Assembly: GCA_030324005.1 (NCBI GenBank)
Contig: JARDVH010000194.1
Span: forward strand, 6,021,915-6,085,914
Length of the DNA stretch: 64,000 nt
DNA from: Negaprion brevirostris
Taxonomy: Eukaryota
Reading direction: 5' to 3'
Below are positions 59,176-64,000 of this stretch, one piece after another (position 1 is the first letter of the stretch; each line of letters begins with the position of its first letter). Under the pieces are notes generated by a model. The model had not been told where the DNA came from. It was given only the letters and a program-made list of their open reading frames with translations, and did not search any database. Both the position numbers and the translations under genes were made by a program.

Positions 59176-59299
59176 CCCAATGTACCCAAACAGGGGCCAG
59201 AATGTGGCGACTAAGGGATTTTCACAGTAACTTCATTGCAGTGTTAATGTAAGCCGACTTGTGGCACTAATAAATAAAGTTAAACTTAAAACCCGACAT

Positions 59300-59508
59300 G
59301 ACTCTTTTAAACTTTAAAATAATGCTCTCTTTCTGATCTTTCTCTGCACCCTAGCTGTGACTGTAACGTTACATTCTGCATCCTCTTGTTTCTTTCTCCC
59401 CCCCACCACCATGTATTCTGTGAACGGTATGCTCTGTCTGTGTAGCGCGCAAGAAACGATACTTTTCACTGTATCCCAATACGTGTGACAATAATAAATT
59501 AAACCAAA
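59300..59508 (+). mobile_element. Probable non-LTR retrotransposon 3' end (Rex/Babar-like)
   Basis: Terminal ttttcactgtatcccaatacgtgtgacaataataaa signature. Confidence 0.5.
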
Positions 59509-59699
59509 CACACTCCTAGCTGTGTGCACCCTGCCCCCACCCCACCCCACCCACTCCCGGCCATGCATTCCACCCCCTCCCCAAGAAACAACCTCACACA
59601 TACCCCCTCTCACCAGATTGTGCTAAATTTGCCAGTACTCCTCTGTAACACATCTGGGAAATAGAACATGTTGCAGTGTCAGTCAGTCCTCTCACACAC

Positions 59700-61230
59700 T
59701 CTGAACTATCTTTGTCTCTGTCCCTCTCTGTTTATTCTCTCCCTCCCACACTCTGTCTCTTAATTTGTCTGTCTCTCCCTCTCTCTCGCTGTGGCCCTCT
59801 CTATATCTTTATCTTTCTGTCTCAGTATCTATATCTTTCTTCTATCTCTCTAAGTATCTCTCTCTGCCTCTATCTGAGTATCTCTTTATCTGGGTATCTC
59901 TCTATTTAAGTATTTTTCTCTCTCTATCTATCTCTAGCCAAGTATCTCTCTATCTGAGTATCTCTGTCTTTATATATGTATCTATTGTTGAGTATACCTA
60001 TATCACTCTGTGTATTTCTATGTATCTCTCTGAACCCGTCTCTCTTTCTCCCTATCTCAGTATCTCTATCTATATCTGTCTGACTATATCTCAGTCTCTC
60101 TCTCTATCTATCTGAGTATATCTCTATCTCTGTCTATGTGGGTCTGTATCTCAGTCTCAGCCTCTCTATCTCTAAGTATCTCCCTCTTAACCTCTGCCTT
60201 TGTCTCTCTCTCTCCAAATATATATCTATATTTGTAATTTTCAGTCTATCTCTCTCTGTTTATCTCAGTCTATCTCTCTTTGTAATTTTCAGTCTACCTC
60301 TCTCTCTCTCTGTATCTCAGTCGCTCTCTCTATCTCAGTCTCTCTATCTCAGTCTCTCTCTCTGTGTATCTCAGTCTCTCTCTCTATCTCAGTCTCTCTC
60401 TGTGTATCTCAGTCTCTCTGTGTATCTCAGACTCTCTCTCTGTGTATCTCAGTCTATCTCTCTATCTCAGTCTCTCTCTCTCTGTATCTCAGTCTCTCTC
60501 TGTGTATCTCACTCTATCTCTCTATCTCAGTCTCTCTCTCTGTGTATCTCAGTCTCTCTCTCTATCTCAGTCTCTCTCTGTATCTCAGTCTCTCTCTCTG
60601 TGTATCTCACTCTCTGTATCTCAGTCTCTCTCTCTGTGTATCTCACTCTATCTCAGTCTCTCTCTCTGTGTATCTCACTCTCTGTATCTCAGTCTCTCTC
60701 TCTGTGTATCTCACTCTATCTATCTCAGTCTCTCTCTCTGTGTATCTCAGTCTCTCTCTCTGTGTATCTCAGTCTATCTCTCTATCTCAGTCTCTCTCTA
60801 TCTCAGTCTATCTCTCTCTCTCAGTCTCTCTCTCTGTATCTCAGTCTCTGTGTATTTCAGTCTCTCTCTCTGTATCTCAGTCTCTCTCTCTCTCTGTATC
60901 TCAGTCTCTCTCTCTGTATCTCAGTCTCTCTGTATCTTAGTCTATCTGTCTCTGTGTATCTCAGTCTATCTCTCTCTCTGTGACTCAGTCTATCTCTCTC
61001 TCTGTATCTCAGTCTATCTCTCTCTCTGTGTCTCAGTCTATCTCTCTGTATCTCAGTCTCTCTGTCTCTGTGTCTCAGTCTCTCTCTGTATCTTAGTCTA
61101 TCTGTCTCTGTGTATCTCAGTCTATCTCTCTCTCTGTATCTCTCTCTCTGTGTCTCAGTCTATCTCTCTCTCTGTATCTCAGTCTCTCTCTATATAATAT
61201 TTCAGTCTCTATCTCTATGTGTATATCTGA
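59700..61230. repeat. TC-rich low-complexity minisatellite (tgtatctcag-(tc)n units)
   Basis: Dozens of tatctcagtctctc units with variable (TC)n length. Confidence 0.95.
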
Positions 61231-61242
61231 TCTTTATAGTGA

Positions 61243-61497
61243 GATGCTCTTGTAACATTGTCCTGGATACAGGCCGCTCCAGCCAATCAGCTGAGAGCAG
61301 GAACAGAACCTCCCTCTGATTGGGCAGCCAACAATGGGAGGCGGGTCCCAACTCCCAGCCAATCAGCAGACGAAAGGGAGAAAGCCGGCCAATCCGCGGA
61401 GGAGACAGACCCCGCCCACAGACCCAGGGGCCAGCCAATGGGGACAGAAGGAGGGAGAAGCCCCACGTGGCCCGGTAACAGTCGGCTCACCAATCAG
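61243..61497 (+). promoter_or_regulatory. CCAAT-box array, copy 1
   Basis: CCAAT at 61283, 61359, 61389, 61435, 61490, ATTGG at 61319, GC boxes gggaggcggg and ccccgccc, E-box cacgtg at 61464. Confidence 0.5.
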
Positions 61498-61699
61498 TCT
61501 CTATCCCGATGTGTATATCTGAGTCTCATGTATAATCAGTCTCTCTCATCTATCTTTCTCTCTATATATACATATACCAGTCTCTATCTCTTTGTGTATA
61601 TCTGAGTCTTTATATATCAGTCTCTCATTAGTCTATCTCTCTCTATATATATACCTATACCAGTCTCAATCCATGTGTGTATAACTGAGTCTTTATACT

Positions 61700-61960
61700 G
61701 ATGCTCTTGTTACATTGTCCTGGATACTGGCCGCTCCAGCCAATCCGCTGAGAGCAGGAACAGAGCCTCCCTCTGACTGGGCAGCCAACAATGGGAGGCG
61801 GGTCCCAGCTCGCAGCCAATCAGCAGGCAGCAGCAAGGAGCGCCGGCCAATCCATGGAGAGAGAGACAGACACCGCCCACAGACTCAGGCGCCAGCCAAT
61901 GGGGGACAGAGGGTGTGGACCCTCTCCACGTGGCCCGGCAACAGCCGCTCCACCAATCAG
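61700..61960 (+). promoter_or_regulatory. CCAAT-box array, copy 2 (direct duplicate, offset ~457 bp)
   Basis: CCAAT at 61740, 61816, 61847, 61896, 61953; cacgtg at 61927; colinear with copy 1. Confidence 0.5.
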
Positions 61961-62029
61961 GCGTCGAGACTCTTCAGGCAGAGACAGAACGGAAGATCAG
62001 ATTTCCCGCCAAAGAGGGGAAGAAGGCAA

Positions 62030-64000
62030 AAAGGTCATCCCAAAGAATCAGAGACAGGAACTGAGGATAGATCCCAGGATCCAGCCCAAATCACATCCCA
62101 AAGAAACAGGGACTGGGACTGAGGCTGAACCCCCAGGATTCACCCCAAATCTCATCCCAAAGAAACAGAAACAGGAACTGAGGATAGACCCCCAGCATCC
62201 ATCCCAAATCGCATCCCAAAGAAACAGGGACTGGGATTGAGGATAAACCCCCAGGATCCATCCCAAATTTCATCCCAAAGAAACAGGGACTGGGACTGAG
62301 GATATTCCCCCAAGAACAATCCCAAAGAACCCATCCCTCAGGAACAGGACTGAGGATAAATCACTAGGATCAATCCCAAATCTCATCCTAATGAATCCCA
62401 GAGAAACTGAGACTGAGGATAAATCCCCAGGATCGATTCCCCCAAACCATCCCAATGAATCCCCAAACCATCCCTGAGGAAAAGGGACTGGAACTGTGGA
62501 TAAATCCCCAGAAACAATGCCAAAGAAACCATCCCAAAGAAACAGGGATTTGAGGATAAACCCCCAGGAACAATCCCAAACATCATCCCAATGAATCCCA
62601 AATACCATCCCTGAGGAACAGGGACTGAGGATAAATCCCCAGGAACAATCCCCAAAATCATCCCTAAGGATCAGGGACTGAGGATAAATCCCCAGGATCA
62701 ATCCCAAATATCATCCCAATAAATTCCAAGGAACAATCCCAAATATCACGACAATGAACCCAAAGAATCCATCCTTGAGGATCAGGAACTGGGTCTGAAG
62801 ATAAACCACCAGGATCCATCCCAAATCTCATCTCTGAGTAATCCCAAAAAAAGCATCCACAAGGAACAGAGAGCGGGACTGAGGATACATCATCAGGAAC
62901 AATCCCAAATATCATCCTAATGGACCCCAAAAAACCATCCCTGAGGATCAGGGACTGGGACTGAGGATAAACCTCCTGGATCAATCCTAAATATCATTCC
63001 AATGAATCCCCAGAAACAATCCCTGAGGAACAGGGACTGAGTCTGAGGATAAATCCACAGCATCCATTCCAAATATCATCCTAATGGATCCAAAAAAAAA
63101 CCATCCCTGAGGATCAGGAACTGGGATTGAGGATAGCCAATTATGAACAACCCCAAATCTCATCCCAATGAATCCCAAAATCATTTCCCTGAGGAACAGG
63201 GACTGGGACTGAGGATAGACACCCAGGATCCATCCCAAATACTATCCTAAAGAAACAGGGACTGGGACTGAGGATAAATGCTGACGAGCAATCCCAAAGA
63301 AACCATCCCTGAGGATCAGGGGGACTGAGGATCCATCCCCAGGATCCATCCCAAATCTCATTCCAATGAATCCCAAAGAAACCATCCCTGAGGATTCGGG
63401 TCTGTGACGGAGGATAGACTCCCAGGATCAATCCCAAAGAAACCATCCCTGAGGAACAGGGACTGGGACTGAGGATAAATCCCCAGAAACAATCCCAAAG
63501 AAACCATCCCTCAGGAACAGAATCTGAGGATAAACTCCCAGGAACAATGTAAAATATCATCACAATGAACTCAAAGAAACCATCCCTGACGATGAGGGAC
63601 TGGGACTGAGGATAAGCCACCAGGATCCATCCGAAATCTCATCCCTGAGCAACAGGGGATGGGACTGAGGATAGATCACCCAGGATCCATCTCAAATCCC
63701 ATTCCAATGAATCCCAAAGAAACCATCCCTAAGGAACAGGGACTGGGGCTGAGGATAAATCATCAGCAACAATCCCAAATATCATCCTAATGGATCCCAA
63801 AAAACCATTCCTGAGGAACAAGGACTGGGCCTGAGGATAAACCCCCAGAAACAATCCCAAATACCATCCCAATGAATCCACAAAAACTATCCCTGAGGAT
63901 CAGGGACTGGGACTGAGGATAAACCCCCAGGACCAATCCCAAATGTTATGCCAATGAATCCCTAGAAAACATCCCTGAGGAACAGGGACTGAGTCTGAGG
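62030..64000. repeat. Satellite with ~60-bp core unit (gggactgggactgaggataaatccccagga(t/a)caatcccaaa...ccatccctgaggaaca) and longer variants; continues beyond the window
   Basis: tgaggata anchor recurs more than 20 times at roughly 55-85-bp spacing. Confidence 0.93.

Larger units (their letters stand above)
58398..59285 (+). mobile_element. V-domain SINE with internal 52-bp tandem expansion, split by an antisense SINE
   Basis: Head gggcagcatggtggcacagtggttagc at 58399; 52-bp unit repeated; tail resumes at ~59176 (tgtacccaaacagg...gtggcactaataaataaa). Confidence 0.75.

Noticed and set aside
59765-61197. Long S/L-rich ORFs (246-281 aa) in all three plus frames
   Set aside because: Artefact of the TC-rich minisatellite lacking stop codons.
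61435-61470. ER-stress element (CCAAT...CCACG)
   Set aside because: Spacing is about 23 nt, not the required 9 nt.
62048-63620. Multiple minus-strand ORFs rich in G/I/F/W
   Set aside because: Translations of satellite monomers, overlapping in several frames and broken by indels.

Overview
Vertebrate nuclear DNA, almost certainly a shark or other elasmobranch. The taxon is inferred from HE1/V-SINE-type SINEs, CR1/HER1-type LINE tails, Penelope-like ends, a shark-type IgM CH1 exon and GPR139-like receptor paralogues. It is a draft scaffold with seven gaps of exactly 100 N, so order across gaps is uncertain. Positions 1-22.6 kb hold a tRNA gene cluster amplified by tandem and inverted segmental duplication (Gln, Val, Phe, Glu, Gly, Leu, Asn, Thr, Pro). 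Only tRNA-Phe(GAA) at 8175-8247 and tRNA-Asn(GTT) at 12809-12882 look fully intact; more than 20 other copies are decayed, several with altered anticodons. An orphan, truncated IgM CH1 exon at about 1360-1616 is fused to a tRNA-Glu cassette flank. Positions 26-50.4 kb hold a cluster of two-exon class A GPCR (GPR139/142-like) genes: two complete, one with an intact large exon but no clear exon 1, and one pseudogene. Positions 54-57 kb hold a 6-finger C2H2 zinc-finger gene with an NRF1/YY1-type promoter. Positions 58-64 kb hold nested SINEs, a TC-rich minisatellite, a duplicated CCAAT-box array and a ~60-bp-unit satellite. No prokaryotic-type systems (CRISPR etc.) are present. All identifications are by eye from recalled family consensus sequences; no searches were run.
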